A stretch of 63,846 bases of DNA, filler included, from Limisphaerales bacterium (GTDB lineage Bacteria; Verrucomicrobiota; Verrucomicrobiia; Limisphaerales; SIBE01), in NCBI GenBank assembly GCA_044225505.1. It is 3 parts of 3 records of this genome, joined end to end, with 100 filler letters (N's around TTAATTAATTAA, not from the genome) between each part and the next. Parts side by side here need not be neighbours in the genome. Positions count along the whole stretch, not along the records: positions 25,006 to 49,643 come from JBGAIN010000125.1; 2 more parts are not named here. One strand, written 5' to 3'. How positions within the stretch are numbered: the first letter of the stretch is position 1; every line of letters begins with the position of its first letter. The notes under the pieces are model-generated. The model saw only the letters and a program-made list of their open reading frames with translations. It had not been told where the DNA came from and did no database searches. Positions 26,601 to 38,428 of the stretch are shown one piece after another. Made by a program: the position numbers and the translations under genes.

Positions 26601-27443
26601 ATGTGGATTTGGTGGCGGTCGATTCGGCGGTATTGGGCGGAGCTTATTCTGAGCGGAATTGGACTGTTTGCGGTCGCAATCCTAATTGCGTTTCCGGTCC
26701 ACCGCAGTTTGATCCTGGAAGCCAACTGCGAAGATGAGCCGCACGCGTGGCGGCGGCGCGAAGAGTTGCCGACGGGAAACAACTTTGCACATCGCGCGAT
26801 CGAGGAAATGGGGCCACGCGCGATTCCCGTGATATTTGGACGAGTCCCCACGGAAGGTCCTTTCCATTTCGATACTGTGCTGGCTTTGAGCCAGTTAGGC
26901 CCAGCCGCTGTCCCGGGGCTCGTGGAGGGATTCAGGCATCCCCAGGCAGAAGTTCGCCTGGTCGCCATACGAGCGTTGGCGTGTTTGGCCCCGCGGCTAG
27001 GGAGCCAAGCCGGCATGATCCTGCCGAAGTTAGTCCGATTGCTGCGGGATCCGAACGAAGAAGTGCGTTTCGGGACTGTCCTTCTCTTGGGACGGATTCC
27101 CTCAGGAAAGCAGGAGGCGGTGCCGGGGCTAATATCTCTTCTTCAGGAATCCGAAGTGAGCCTGGACGACAGCCCCGCTTACATTCGGCAAGGTGCCGCG
27201 TATCTCCTCGGGAAAATAGGCCCAGCCGCCGAGGCGGCCGTGCCTGAACTCGAGCGCCTTTTGCAAGATCCGCAACCGAGCGCACAACAGGAAGCAGCCA
27301 TCGCTTTATGGCGCATCACGGGAAAAACCAACACCCTGGTGCCGCAATTGACGCGGCTAATGCAGGCGAATGATCGGATCGTGCGGGAGCAAGCAGCCAC
27401 CGCCCTCGCGCGCATCAGCCAAGTCCAGCGCCCTGGGCATTGA
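26601..27443 (+). CDS. Membrane-anchored HEAT-repeat protein
   Basis: N-terminal TM; repeats LGPAAVPGL, VR..AIRAL, LGKIGPAAEAAVPEL. Confidence 0.85.
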   Translation: MWIWWRSIRRYWAELILSGIGLFAVAILIAFPVHRSLILEANCEDEPHAWRRREELPTGNNFAHRAIEEMGPRAIPVIFGRVPTEGPFHFDTVLALSQLGPAAVPGLVEGFRHPQAEVRLVAIRALACLAPRLGSQAGMILPKLVRLLRDPNEEVRFGTVLLLGRIPSGKQEAVPGLISLLQESEVSLDDSPAYIRQGAAYLLGKIGPAAEAAVPELERLLQDPQPSAQQEAAIALWRITGKTNTLVPQLTRLMQANDRIVREQAATALARISQVQRPGH

Positions 27444-27694
27444 TTCGCTTTCAGGACGGCCCCAGTGCCCCTTGGCGCCCACAAGTTGCGCTTGCGACCT
27501 CTGGCGGCAGTGCCGCCGAAACAGCCTGGCTGGAGCGTGGCATTGCCATGCCATCGCAGTGGTTCAATTTGGTTGCGCCACGGGGAGATCTCAGGCATAG
27601 TTCTTCCATTCCGAACCCAAACGCAGGCTGCCTCATTGTCCCTGGCACTCGGCTTTATTACGCCGGATTGGGGCACTAGAAATCGCACAGCCAA

Positions 27695-28153
27695 ATGGAA
27701 ATTGCCGTTTTCACCGCCCTTGGACTGTTACTGAGCGTGTTTTTGATGCTCTGGCTGATCACGCGTCTACGCTACCGAATCGGATCACGCCACGTGAAAG
27801 TCACCTTGTTTGGGATTTGCATTCGGCGCGTCGCGCTCGAGAACATTGAGGCCATCTCAAAACGCCGCGGAGGGGGTTTGGCGGAGCATTGGTGGAGCAC
27901 GATGCGGCCGAAACACCGGATGCTCGTGATTCGCAAGAAACGGGGGCTCTTCAAGAATTTCGTGATCACGCCGAAGAACCGCTACATCTTCAAGACGGAT
28001 GTGGTGCGCGGCGCCAAACGCGTCGGCAATCCCCTGCCCCTTTTCACCGAGGGCAAAGGCGAATCCGGTGCGGAGATGGGCGATCTCGAGCCGGAAAAGC
28101 ACGAATCGATCGAGGAAACCCAGGCGGACGAGCAAACCTCGAACCCGAGGTGA
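27695..28153 (+). CDS. Hypothetical membrane protein (bacterial PH-like)
   Basis: N-terminal TM then LRYRI...I.AI...FVITPKN pattern. Confidence 0.65.
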   Translation: MEIAVFTALGLLLSVFLMLWLITRLRYRIGSRHVKVTLFGICIRRVALENIEAISKRRGGGLAEHWWSTMRPKHRMLVIRKKRGLFKNFVITPKNRYIFKTDVVRGAKRVGNPLPLFTEGKGESGAEMGDLEPEKHESIEETQADEQTSNPR

Positions 28154-28315
28154 TTGGGGCACGAGACGGTTCGTCCGGGAAGCTCTGCCCTGGGCGCAGG
28201 CCTTGGGGATGGATGGACAACCCCTTTTCCAGCAAGCCCCTTGCAATTCCGGAGACCCAAGACAAATTGGGGCTTGTCAACGAGCAGGCCGCTGCTAGTC
28301 TGACCAACCTTTTTT

Positions 28316-28561
28316 ATGAAAGCTGAAATTCATCCGAAATACGTGGATGCAGAGATCCGTTGTGCATGCGGGAACGTGATCAAGACTCGTTCGACCCGGC
28401 AGACGATCCTGGTGGGTATCTGCAATGTGTGTCATCCGTTCTACACGGGAATGCAGAAGTTCGTCGATACCGCAGGACGGGTTGATAAGTTCCAGCAACG
28501 CATGGCCAAGACCCAAGCTGCGCAGGCCGCCGCCGCCGCCACCAAGAAGAAGAAGAAGTAG
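28316..28561 (+). CDS. rpmE: 50S ribosomal protein L31 (Zn-binding type)
   Basis: [32 protein letters not shown]. Confidence 0.97.
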   Translation: MKAEIHPKYVDAEIRCACGNVIKTRSTRQTILVGICNVCHPFYTGMQKFVDTAGRVDKFQQRMAKTQAAQAAAAATKKKKK

Positions 28562-28622
28562 CTCTTTCAAGCTCTTTCGCCCGCAGTGTTTGACACTCGC
28601 GGGCGATCTTTTTTTCCGGGGT

Positions 28623-29705
28623 ATGGATCTACGGCCACACGTCGAAAGGTTCGCGAAACGCTTCGCGGAAATCGAAGCCGCTCTGAGCGATCCAAAAGCC
28701 TTTGAAAACAAGCAGCGGGCCCAAGAACTTTCCCGAGAATACGCTCGGTTGAAAGAGTTGGTGGGCCACGGCAATGCTTATTTGAAGGTCCTCGCGGATG
28801 TGGAGGAGAATCGCGCTCTGTTGAAAAGTGAACCGAGCGATTCCGATTTAGCGGGCATGGCGCGCGAGGAAGTCGCCCGGCTTGAGGCGGAAGAAAAACG
28901 GCTCGCCATGGAAGTGCAAAGGGGCGTGCTCCCGCCCGACCCGGCAGATTCGCGCAACACCATCATCGAAATCCGCGCCGGCGCGGGCGGCTCGGAATCT
29001 GCCCTCTTCGCGGCGGACCTATATCGGATGTATACGCGGTATGCGGAGTCTCAAGACTGGAAGGTAGAGACGCTCGATTCCAGCACGTCGGATTTAGGTG
29101 GATTCAAAGAGATCATCTTTAGCGTCACTGGCACCAACGTTTACAAACGGCTGAAATACGAAAGCGGCGTCCACCGGGTGCAGCGCGTTCCTGCGACCGA
29201 AGCCCAAGGCCGTATCCACACGAGCACAGCAACGGTCGCGGTCCTGCCCGAAGCGGAGGAGGTCGATATCGACATCCGCCCGGAAGAGCTGGACATCACC
29301 GTCTGTCGTGCTTCGGGTCCTGGCGGCCAGGGAGTGAATACGACGGACTCCGCCGTCCAGATCATTCATAAACCCACCGGCTTGATCGTGCGCTGCGCGG
29401 ACCAACGGTCCCAGCAAAAGAACAAAGCGCGAGCCATGACCGTGCTGCGTTCCCGCTTGCTCGAACAACGGGTGGCCGAGGAAAACGCCAAATACGCCGC
29501 TCAACGCAAAGCTCAAGTTGGCACCGGTGAACGCAATGAACGAATCCGCACCTACAATTTCCCGCAGAACCGGGTCACGGATCACCGCATCGAACTAACC
29601 TTATACAATCTCCCGGCGTTGATGGACGGCGAGATTGACTCCGTGATTGAGCCGCTCATGACTCAGGATCTGGAGGATAAACTGGCCGCTTTGAAGCTCA
29701 CGTAA
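28623..29705 (+). CDS. prfA: Peptide chain release factor 1
   Basis: ESGVHRVQRVPATE (PxT), GGQ, IRTYNFPQNRVTDHRI. Confidence 0.97.
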   Translation: MDLRPHVERFAKRFAEIEAALSDPKAFENKQRAQELSREYARLKELVGHGNAYLKVLADVEENRALLKSEPSDSDLAGMAREEVARLEAEEKRLAMEVQRGVLPPDPADSRNTIIEIRAGAGGSESALFAADLYRMYTRYAESQDWKVETLDSSTSDLGGFKEIIFSVTGTNVYKRLKYESGVHRVQRVPATEAQGRIHTSTATVAVLPEAEEVDIDIRPEELDITVCRASGPGGQGVNTTDSAVQIIHKPTGLIVRCADQRSQQKNKARAMTVLRSRLLEQRVAEENAKYAAQRKAQVGTGERNERIRTYNFPQNRVTDHRIELTLYNLPALMDGEIDSVIEPLMTQDLEDKLAALKLT

Positions 29706-29713
29706 GCGATCGT

Positions 29714-30298
29714 ATGCCCGTGCGAGGTTTGATCTTCGACTGCGACGGCACTTTGGCCGACACCATGCCCTTCCATTGGAAAGCATGGCAGGCCATCCTG
29801 CAACGGCATCGGTTGCACTTGCCCGAATCCCGCTTCTATGCGCTCGGCGGCGTCCCGTCGCGAGACATCCTGAAAATGCTCGGCCAAGAGCAAGGAATCG
29901 CCCTCGATCCCCATGCCGTTGCGCGCGAAAAAGAAGCAGCGTACCTCCCGTTCTTACCGCAAGTGAGCCCGATCCAAAACGTCGTCGATGTGGCGCGCGA
30001 GCACTTTGGCAAAATCCCAATGGCCGTCGCCTCGGGCGGCACGAAGCCGATTATCGAACAGGTTTTGCAGCATCTCGGCATCAGGCCTTGGTTTCAGGCC
30101 GTCGTCACTAATGAAGATGTCGTTCGCCAAAAGCCCGCCCCTGATATCTTTCTCGAAGCCGCCCGACGCATCGGCATCGAGCCAGCCCATTGCCGCGCTT
30201 ACGAAGACACGGATCTGGGAATCCAAGCGATCCGAGCTGCGGGCATGGAAGCGATCGACGTGCGCGACCTGCTACGCACCCCAAAGAATGGCGCCTAG
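29714..30298 (+). CDS. HAD-family phosphatase (YqaB/beta-PGM-like)
   Basis: FDCDGTLADT, KPAPDIF, YED..G..A..AAGM. Confidence 0.92.
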   Translation: MPVRGLIFDCDGTLADTMPFHWKAWQAILQRHRLHLPESRFYALGGVPSRDILKMLGQEQGIALDPHAVAREKEAAYLPFLPQVSPIQNVVDVAREHFGKIPMAVASGGTKPIIEQVLQHLGIRPWFQAVVTNEDVVRQKPAPDIFLEAARRIGIEPAHCRAYEDTDLGIQAIRAAGMEAIDVRDLLRTPKNGA

Positions 30299-30332
30299 CG
30301 TCGGCGTCGCCTTCTTAATACTCCGGTTGCCT

Positions 30333-31601
30333 TCAAGGACTCGAGAGCAATTCGCTCTCGCGCACTTTCCACACGTAGCGGAACATCAGCGCACGCAGCG
30401 CGGCCGTAAGCGGAATGGCGAGAATGCCCCCCAAAATCCCGCCCATCAAAGTGGTTCCAACCATGACCGCGACAATAATCGTGAGGGGATGCAAGCCAAC
30501 CCGATCCCCCATGATTTTTGGTGAGATGACCAGGCCTTCGAGCAATTGCACCACACCAAAAACGACGAGCACCAGTGCCGGATGGAGCCAATCCCCAAAC
30601 TGTGCGAAAGCGATAATCAGCGCCGTGATCGAAGTGATGATAGCGCCCAGAAACGGGATCATCGTGAGCACGGTTCCCAATGCTCCAAGAAGGAAAGCGT
30701 AAGGCAGGCCGATGGAAAAAAAACCGATAGTGTAAAGGATGCCATCGCAGATCGCGACCAGGACTTGTCCGCGGAAGAAACTAATCAGGCAGTCGTTCAT
30801 TGACCCCAAGACAAAGACGATCTCGTCTTTCAACCCAGAGTTCGCGAGCGGAACATACTCGGACCAGTTCTTTTCGATGCCTCGCTTTTCCAAAAGCAAA
30901 TAAAAGGCATAGACCGGGATTAAAGCCAGTCCAGCAAGCACCCCGAACCAGGACGCCACCCGCGTGACTTGCCCAAAAGCCCAGGAACCTAGTTTGGGAA
31001 GGTTGCTTGCCAGCCACGTCGTGGCCGATTGGATCGCCCCGGGATCGAACGCTTTGCGCAGCAACGCCCTGCCGCCGGGTGAATTACTGTCTGTCGTGCT
31101 CGCAGGAAGTTCGTTGGTCACGGCCAGATCCGTCGAAAACTCAATCGCCGGCTCGGTGTTCGTGATCTTCGGTGCGGGCGCCAGGCTCAACCATCGGCGC
31201 AGGCGCGCGGGAGGATTGTCAATCCAGTTACGGATACGGTTCTGCACTCGATTCGCATAGGCTGGAATGCGTTCGGTAAGCTGCCGGGTTTCATCCACGA
31301 TCTGCGGAACGACGCTGCCGATCAGCGCCGCGACGGTCACGAACGCCAAAGCAAACACGCAGATGATTGCGCGAGCCCGGGGCAGCCCCCGCTTTTCCAA
31401 GGCGTCGACTACAGGGTCCAGAAGGTAGGCAATAATGCCGGCAATCCCGAGCGGCAGCAGCACAGACGAGAGTTGTTGCAGCACAAGCCCTAAGACCCAG
31501 ATAAACCCGACCGCTAGCGCCGCTAGCACGCCAATCGCCAGCGCCGTCAGCGAGGCCCAGAGAATTCGCGCTTGCTTGGGAGTGGGAGACGGAAAACTCA
31601 T
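30333..31601 (-). CDS. AI-2E family transporter
   Basis: AYLLDP, FFRGQ, IPFLG, GLHP, GILAIP. Confidence 0.92.
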   Translation of the reverse strand: MSFPSPTPKQARILWASLTALAIGVLAALAVGFIWVLGLVLQQLSSVLLPLGIAGIIAYLLDPVVDALEKRGLPRARAIICVFALAFVTVAALIGSVVPQIVDETRQLTERIPAYANRVQNRIRNWIDNPPARLRRWLSLAPAPKITNTEPAIEFSTDLAVTNELPASTTDSNSPGGRALLRKAFDPGAIQSATTWLASNLPKLGSWAFGQVTRVASWFGVLAGLALIPVYAFYLLLEKRGIEKNWSEYVPLANSGLKDEIVFVLGSMNDCLISFFRGQVLVAICDGILYTIGFFSIGLPYAFLLGALGTVLTMIPFLGAIITSITALIIAFAQFGDWLHPALVLVVFGVVQLLEGLVISPKIMGDRVGLHPLTIIVAVMVGTTLMGGILGGILAIPLTAALRALMFRYVWKVRESELLSSP

Positions 31602-31607
31602 GGGGGA

Positions 31608-32422
31608 TTAGCGCTGGCCGAGTTTCTTGGCCTTATCAGCCGCCGCACGGGACGGCTTGAATGACTCCACCGCGGAACCGGCCCGTTCAAGTTCGTGAAC
31701 GCCTTCGATCGTCGTTCCCCTGGGCTGGTCACCATATCCTTCAAGGCCCCGGGATGGAGTCCAGTTTCCAGAACCATGCGCGCGCTTCCCAGGACGGTTT
31801 GAGCCGCGAGCCGTGTGGCCACATCACGGGGCAAGCCGGCCGCGACTCCGCCATCGCTCATGGCTTCAATCATCAAATAGACATAAGCGGGACCGCTGCC
31901 GCTGAGGCCCGTTACCGCGTCGAGCAGACTCTCTTTGACCTGATAGGCAATCCCAATTGCCGAAAACAGGTCTTTCGCCAACTGACCGTCTTTGGCCGTC
32001 GCCGCTTGGCCAAGCGCAAATCCGGTCGCTGACGCCCCGACCAGAGCAGGAGTATTGGGCATCACTCGAACAACCCGGGCCCCTCCAGGCAAAGCCGCTT
32101 CAATGCGCGACAGTGTCAAGCCCGCCACGATCGAAATGAGCTGATGCCGCTCACGGAGATGGGGGCTCATCTCCCGCAAGACTTCGTCCACTTGATCCGG
32201 CTTCACCGCCAGAATAATGACATCGGCAAACTGGGCCACATCCGGATTGAAAGCCGTGGTTTTGCTGCCGACGACCTCCGCAAAATGAGCCCGCGACGAT
32301 TCAATCGGGTCACTCGCCAGCACTTGGTTCGATGTGACCAATTGTGCGTGGACAAACCCCTTCGCCAGGGCCGCCGCCATTTTCCCAGCGCCGATAAAGC
32401 CGATCTTGAGCTCCGAGGCCAT
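31608..32422 (-). CDS. proC: Pyrroline-5-carboxylate reductase (C-terminus carries three single-base indels as sequenced)
   Basis: IGAGKMA, LAVKP, RVMPNTP, TGLSGSGPAY, VTSPG; the expected tail GGTTIEGVHELE...AADKAKKLG is split across frames. Confidence 0.9.
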
Positions 32423-32579
32423 AGGCATTTCTAGCACGGAAACGGCTGTTGGGGAAGCAAAAGCACCGCGCCTCAGGATTAAACCCGCCGCAAAATAGAA
32501 AATTCCCATCCGAGAGCCCCTGGGAAGGGCGGTTTTGGGCACGGTGCACGGACTCTTCCAGGACGGGTCCCGAAGTTAG

Positions 32580-33455
<876 letters not shown>

Positions 33456-33653
33456 CGGATCGACGGACAGGACGTCCCAACGGGATCCCATTCCCGAGAC
33501 GGATCGATCCCACCAGCGAACAGGCTCCCTGCGGAAGTGAGCTGAAATCCGAGCGGTCTCCGCTTGGCACGACATCTGCCAATGGTTTTTGCGTAACCGA
33601 ATCGACGGCCGCTCGGTCAAACAGGTAATCGCTGATTTGACGAACCTGACGAA

Positions 33654-35285
33654 ATGAAGCAATCTCGGCGTCCCATGCAAGTCACTCGAATTGTTGGTGT
33701 TTTCATCTTGAGTTCGACCTTTGGCCTAGGCGCCCAGGAGCCCGCGACGCGCCCTGCCAATGGCCCGCAAACACCTCCCCCTGGCAACACTCCGCAACCG
33801 GCCGTACCGTCGACCACCCCGGGACGTCCTAGTGCCAGTGTCACCTCTCAAGTTGTCGTCAACACACGCTCTATCTCGCTGCAGGAAGCGATTGATATGG
33901 CGTTGCAGCATAATTTCGACGTCCAGATCCAACGCTATTTGCCGGAGTTGGCTCAGTTCAGCTTGCAGAACGCCTACGGGGTCTATGACCCGGTAGCGTT
34001 TGCCAGTGGTCAACACAACTACAGCCTTTCGCCAGGCGGCTTGAACCCGTACAGCAATACCCTGTTTCCTGGACCGGAAAGCGAATCCGACTCCTTTAAC
34101 ACCGGGATCAACGGCGTATTACCTTGGGGACTCAACTACAATTTGATCGGAAATGCGTCCGACTCCATCAGCACGACCCCTCCAGCTTCCCCGGTCGAAG
34201 TCTCCACTGCCAACGCCGCCGTTACGCAACTTCGACAACCGCTCCTCCGAAATTTTTGGATCGATCCGGCGCGGGCTACCATCCAGATCTCGAAGAATCG
34301 CCTGAAGTATTCCGAACAGGCGTTGCGGCTGCAGCTGATGACCACCATGGCGCAGGTAGAGCAAGCGTACTACAACCTGATTTTCGCGCGCGAGAACGTC
34401 AAGGTTCAGGAATCTGCCCTGCAACTGGCAGATCGGCTTCTGTGGGAAAATCGTAAGAAAGTCGAAGTCGGCCAGCTCGCCCCCCTCGACGAAAAACAGG
34501 CTGAATCGCAAGTCGCGGCCAGCCGCGCCGATTTGCTGGTGACTCAGCGCGCCCTGGACGTCCAGGAGAATACCTTGAAAAGCCTGATCACCGACGATTA
34601 TACGAGCTGGCATAGCATCCGCGTAATTCCTGCGGAAAACCTGGTCGCTGTGCCTCCCATCGTGAATTTGCAGGATAGTTGGGATAAGGCCCTCAAGCTG
34701 CGCCCGGATTTGGCGCAGGCGCGCTTGGACGTAAAACGTAACGAAATCACCGTCCGATTGGACAAGAATCAACTTTTCCCTCAGCTCGATTTGATTGGGC
34801 AGTATGGCTACGCCGGTCGGGAGAAGGAATTCAGCGGTGCTTTCAGCCAAATCCATGATCAAAACTATCCCTTTTGGTACTATGGCGCTTCGGTAAGCTA
34901 TCCTTTAGGCAACCGAGCAGCCCGCGCCAATTACAAAGCGGCGAAAGCGCAAAAGGAGCAATCCGAACTGATTCTCAAGCAGCGCGAACAGAACGTCCTG
35001 GTGTCCGTTGACGATGCCGTCAAGCTTGTCCAAACCGACTTCGCTCGTGTGGAAGCGACCCGCGAAGCGCGTCTTTTCGCGGAGGCTGCCTTGGATGCAG
35101 AACAGAAGAAACTCGAAAACGGGAAGAGCACGAGCTTCTTTGTCCTTCAATTCCAGCGCGACCTAACCGCCGCGAAGTTCCAGGAAATCCAGGCTCTCGC
35201 CGAATATAACAACGCGTTAGCGCAACTCGCGTTTCAGGAAGGAACTACCTTCGATCGGCATCGGCTCAACGTCGAAGTCAAGTAA
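33654..35285 (+). CDS. TolC-family outer-membrane protein
   Basis: SLQEAIDMALQHN, QPLLRN, VEQAYYNL, RPDL, PQLDL. Confidence 0.9.
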   Translation: MKQSRRPMQVTRIVGVFILSSTFGLGAQEPATRPANGPQTPPPGNTPQPAVPSTTPGRPSASVTSQVVVNTRSISLQEAIDMALQHNFDVQIQRYLPELAQFSLQNAYGVYDPVAFASGQHNYSLSPGGLNPYSNTLFPGPESESDSFNTGINGVLPWGLNYNLIGNASDSISTTPPASPVEVSTANAAVTQLRQPLLRNFWIDPARATIQISKNRLKYSEQALRLQLMTTMAQVEQAYYNLIFARENVKVQESALQLADRLLWENRKKVEVGQLAPLDEKQAESQVAASRADLLVTQRALDVQENTLKSLITDDYTSWHSIRVIPAENLVAVPPIVNLQDSWDKALKLRPDLAQARLDVKRNEITVRLDKNQLFPQLDLIGQYGYAGREKEFSGAFSQIHDQNYPFWYYGASVSYPLGNRAARANYKAAKAQKEQSELILKQREQNVLVSVDDAVKLVQTDFARVEATREARLFAEAALDAEQKKLENGKSTSFFVLQFQRDLTAAKFQEIQALAEYNNALAQLAFQEGTTFDRHRLNVEVK

Positions 35286-35303
35286 TCGGCATTGCGTACG
35301 ATT

Positions 35304-36131
35304 CTAGACCGGCTGGAGCATGCGCTCCAGGGCGGACCGAGCTTGGGTTAACCCCTTATACTTCGCGATGGCTGGCGGCATGGTTCGCAACGCCCGCCAC
35401 AATCGCTGGCGGACAACGACATCGTCCAAAACCTGCCCGAGCGGATGCATCGTGACCCGGATCCCAAAAAGTATCCCCCCGGTCTTTGGCAGCGAAACCA
35501 GCGCCTGATGCTCCATCCGTAGCCAAACCGAATCTGCGGTCACGCCTTCTACCAAGCGCGGCAATCGGCGCGAAGGATGCTGATTCATTTCCGACGTGGC
35601 ACTCAATCCCCAGTTATTTCGCAGCCACGCCGCGCCCGGCCTGAGGCCCGTCAAAAATCGATGAATTTGCGGACCGATCTGAGCATTCAACTCAGGGACG
35701 ACGCCGTGAATATCCTCCAGACGTAGCCCAATCTTCTCAGACAAGTCCCAGGAAGACGGGAAGCAGACACACCCCGCCCACAGGCGAATAGCTCCTGCTT
35801 CGTCGGGTTTGAGAACGAGAAAGTCGGGTTCCCAATGCCTTCCCAAGCGCTGGCACCGCTCGACCAAGGAAACGCCGGAGTTCGAGTCTTCGTCCAGGAC
35901 GGGCACTGGATGGACGCTCGCTGCGGCCAACGCGAGCGCTTCGGCCAGAAGCGGTGCGCCGTCGGGCAAGACAGCAACACAAAGCTCCGGGGTCTTTCGC
36001 AGCCAATGAGAACGTTCCTCGAGGATTTGGCGTCGGCTTGAGGTCGGTCCAAAGAACTCCGCAAAAGAGCCGCGCTGAAACCGAAGTTGAAACTCGAAAT
36101 CCGCATCTGGAATGGCGTTGGCCAGATCCAT
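35304..36131 (-). CDS. DUF3445 / heme-dependent oxidative N-demethylase alpha-subunit-like protein
   Basis: VCFPSSW..EKIG....IHGVVP, RNNW, LRMEHQ.L..LP.TG.ILF.I. Confidence 0.85.
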   Translation of the reverse strand: MDLANAIPDADFEFQLRFQRGSFAEFFGPTSSRRQILEERSHWLRKTPELCVAVLPDGAPLLAEALALAAASVHPVPVLDEDSNSGVSLVERCQRLGRHWEPDFLVLKPDEAGAIRLWAGCVCFPSSWDLSEKIGLRLEDIHGVVPELNAQIGPQIHRFLTGLRPGAAWLRNNWGLSATSEMNQHPSRRLPRLVEGVTADSVWLRMEHQALVSLPKTGGILFGIRVTMHPLGQVLDDVVVRQRLWRALRTMPPAIAKYKGLTQARSALERMLQPV

Positions 36132-36154
36132 AGCGGAAGTGGAACTAACGACGA

Positions 36155-37450
36155 TTAAGCTGCGGCCTGATCCTGTTTTCGACGGATCAGTGGCTTGCTC
36201 TCCTCGAGCACAACCGGGCGGGTTATCTTGACCGAAATGATGTCATCTCGACCTGGGATATCGTACATCACGTCCAGCATCAGCCTTTCCAAGATCCCGC
36301 GCAACGCGCGCGCTCCCGTGCCTTTTTTGACCGCCAGCGCGGCCAGGGCATCCAACGCGTCCGGAACAAACTCCAACTGCACTCCTTCCATCGCCAGGAG
36401 CTTGGCATACTGTTTGGTGAGGGCATTCTTTGGTTCGGTCAGAATCGAGACCAATTGCGTCTCGCTGAGCTCTTCCAGCACTGTCACCATCGGGAGGCGG
36501 CCGATGAACTCTGGAATAAAGCCATAGCTTAAGAGATCTTCGGGCTCAACGTTCTGCATGATCGCCGATCGATCGAGCGTCGCGAGTTTATGGTCTTTAT
36601 CCACCGAAGCCCCAAACCCCATGACACGGTTACCAAGACGCCGCTGCACAATACGTTCGAGCCCCACGAAAGCGCCTCCACAAATGAACAAAATCCCAGT
36701 CGTATCGACGCGGATATATTCCTGTTGAGGATGTTTGCGGCCGCCCTGGGGGGGAACGTTGCAAACCGTTCCTTCCAGAATCTTTAGCAATGCTTGCTGC
36801 ACTCCCTCGCCTGAAACATCGCGAGTGATCGAGACATTCTCTGTCTTACGAGAGATCTTGTCGATTTCGTCAATGTAAACAATTCCCATCTGCGCCCGCT
36901 TCAAATCGTAGTCGGCATTTTGGAGCAAGCGCAGAATGATGTTCTCCACATCCTCACCGACATAACCCGCCTCCGTTAAAGTCGTGGCGTCGGCAATCGC
37001 GAACGGGACATCCAGAATGCGAGCCAAGGTTCGCGCCAGCAGCGTTTTTCCAGAACCGGTCGGGCCGATCAACAGAATATTGCTCTTCTCAATCTCGACC
37101 TCCGCATGGCGGTCCATGTTGAAGTCGTGCACCCCGTCACGTCCGGCTGGCGATACCCCTTGCTGGATTCGCTTGTAATGGTTATGCACCGCGACGGCCA
37201 GGGTCTTCTTCGCTTGTTCCTGGCCAATGCAGTATTGATCCAACTGACGCTTAATGTCGCAAGGCTTGGGAACTTTGAGCTTAAGAACGTTTTTCTTGTT
37301 GTCCGCTCGGAGTTCCTTATCCAGAACACTCTTGCACACGACAATGCAGCTGTCGCAGATGTAGACCCCTGGACCTTGGATCAACTTTTTGACTTCCGCG
37401 TGGGATTTTCCGCAAAAGCTGCAGAGAGTGAGTTGAGTGGGGCGCGCCAT
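36155..37450 (-). CDS. clpX: ATP-dependent Clp protease ATPase subunit ClpX
   Basis: CSFCGK zinc finger, [27 protein letters not shown]. Confidence 0.98.
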   Translation of the reverse strand: MARPTQLTLCSFCGKSHAEVKKLIQGPGVYICDSCIVVCKSVLDKELRADNKKNVLKLKVPKPCDIKRQLDQYCIGQEQAKKTLAVAVHNHYKRIQQGVSPAGRDGVHDFNMDRHAEVEIEKSNILLIGPTGSGKTLLARTLARILDVPFAIADATTLTEAGYVGEDVENIILRLLQNADYDLKRAQMGIVYIDEIDKISRKTENVSITRDVSGEGVQQALLKILEGTVCNVPPQGGRKHPQQEYIRVDTTGILFICGGAFVGLERIVQRRLGNRVMGFGASVDKDHKLATLDRSAIMQNVEPEDLLSYGFIPEFIGRLPMVTVLEELSETQLVSILTEPKNALTKQYAKLLAMEGVQLEFVPDALDALAALAVKKGTGARALRGILERLMLDVMYDIPGRDDIISVKITRPVVLEESKPLIRRKQDQAAA

Positions 37451-37456
37451 GCGGTT

Positions 37457-38101
37457 TTATTCCTTGGGAATGCCCACCGACTTTTCGATCAAACCTGGAA
37501 TCTCTTTCCGTGACTGCACGACTTCATCAACCAGTCCGTAGGCCTTGGCTTCATCTGCAGTCATGAAGTTATCACGGTCGCAATCCTTTTCCACCTGTTC
37601 AATCGCGCGTCCCGCGTGTTTAGAGATGATTGAGTTGAGCCGCTGCTTCAACCGTAGCATGTACCGCACCCGGATCTCGACATCGCTGGCCGGCCCTTCA
37701 GCCCCTCCCAAGACCTGGTGAATCATAATATTCGAGTTGGGCAAGGCGTAACGCTTTCCTTTGGTTCCGCCACAAAGTAGAACGGCTCCCATGCTAGCTG
37801 CCTGCCCGATGCAATAGGTATTCACATCGCACGTCAGGAACTGCATGGTGTCGTAAATCGCCAATCCAGCGGTCACGCTCCCACCCGGGGAATTAATGTA
37901 AAGGTGAATGTCTTTTTTGGGATCGGCCATTTGCAGGAAAAGCAATTGCGCGATGATTACATTTGCAACCATGTCATCCACCGGCGTGCCCAGAAAAACA
38001 ATGCGGTCAACCAGCAGCCGGGAGTAAATGTCATACCCGCGTTCGCCGCGGCCCGTCTGCTCGACAACCATTGGAACCAGAAAGTTTTGCATGATGATCA
38101 A
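37457..38101 (-). CDS. clpP: ATP-dependent Clp protease proteolytic subunit
   Basis: [30 protein letters not shown]. Confidence 0.98.
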   Translation of the reverse strand: MIIMQNFLVPMVVEQTGRGERGYDIYSRLLVDRIVFLGTPVDDMVANVIIAQLLFLQMADPKKDIHLYINSPGGSVTAGLAIYDTMQFLTCDVNTYCIGQAASMGAVLLCGGTKGKRYALPNSNIMIHQVLGGAEGPASDVEIRVRYMLRLKQRLNSIISKHAGRAIEQVEKDCDRDNFMTADEAKAYGLVDEVVQSRKEIPGLIEKSVGIPKE

Positions 38102-38122
38102 TAGCTATACCGCTAGTGACGC

Positions 38123-38151
38123 AAACTAGCTAACCAACCCTGAAGCGTCAA
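38123..38151 (-). promoter_or_regulatory. Candidate sigma-70 promoter of clpP-clpX
   Basis: TTGACG-N17-TAGTTT on the minus strand, just upstream of clpP. Confidence 0.5.
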
Positions 38152-38428
38152 GCACCTGCCTCGCGACTGCCCATCGACGCTAGGCAGGCAAACAGACTCC
38201 AATCATCTTCTCAGATTTGACAATCGCCACGCTAAAGTGGTGCCTCCCCTGCATTTTTCCCTATTCCAAAGCCGAGTTCCGTCTAGGTCTAAGCCTTGCT
38301 GAGGCTCGGTCCTCCACCTGTTCTTAGCCTTGCTAAGCATTTTTCCTAGCGGCAGGCAGCTGATTGTGCAGCCCCGTTTGGATTGCCTCCCAATTGTTTA
38401 AATCGCTCTCTCCCTCTAACGTCGTTAC

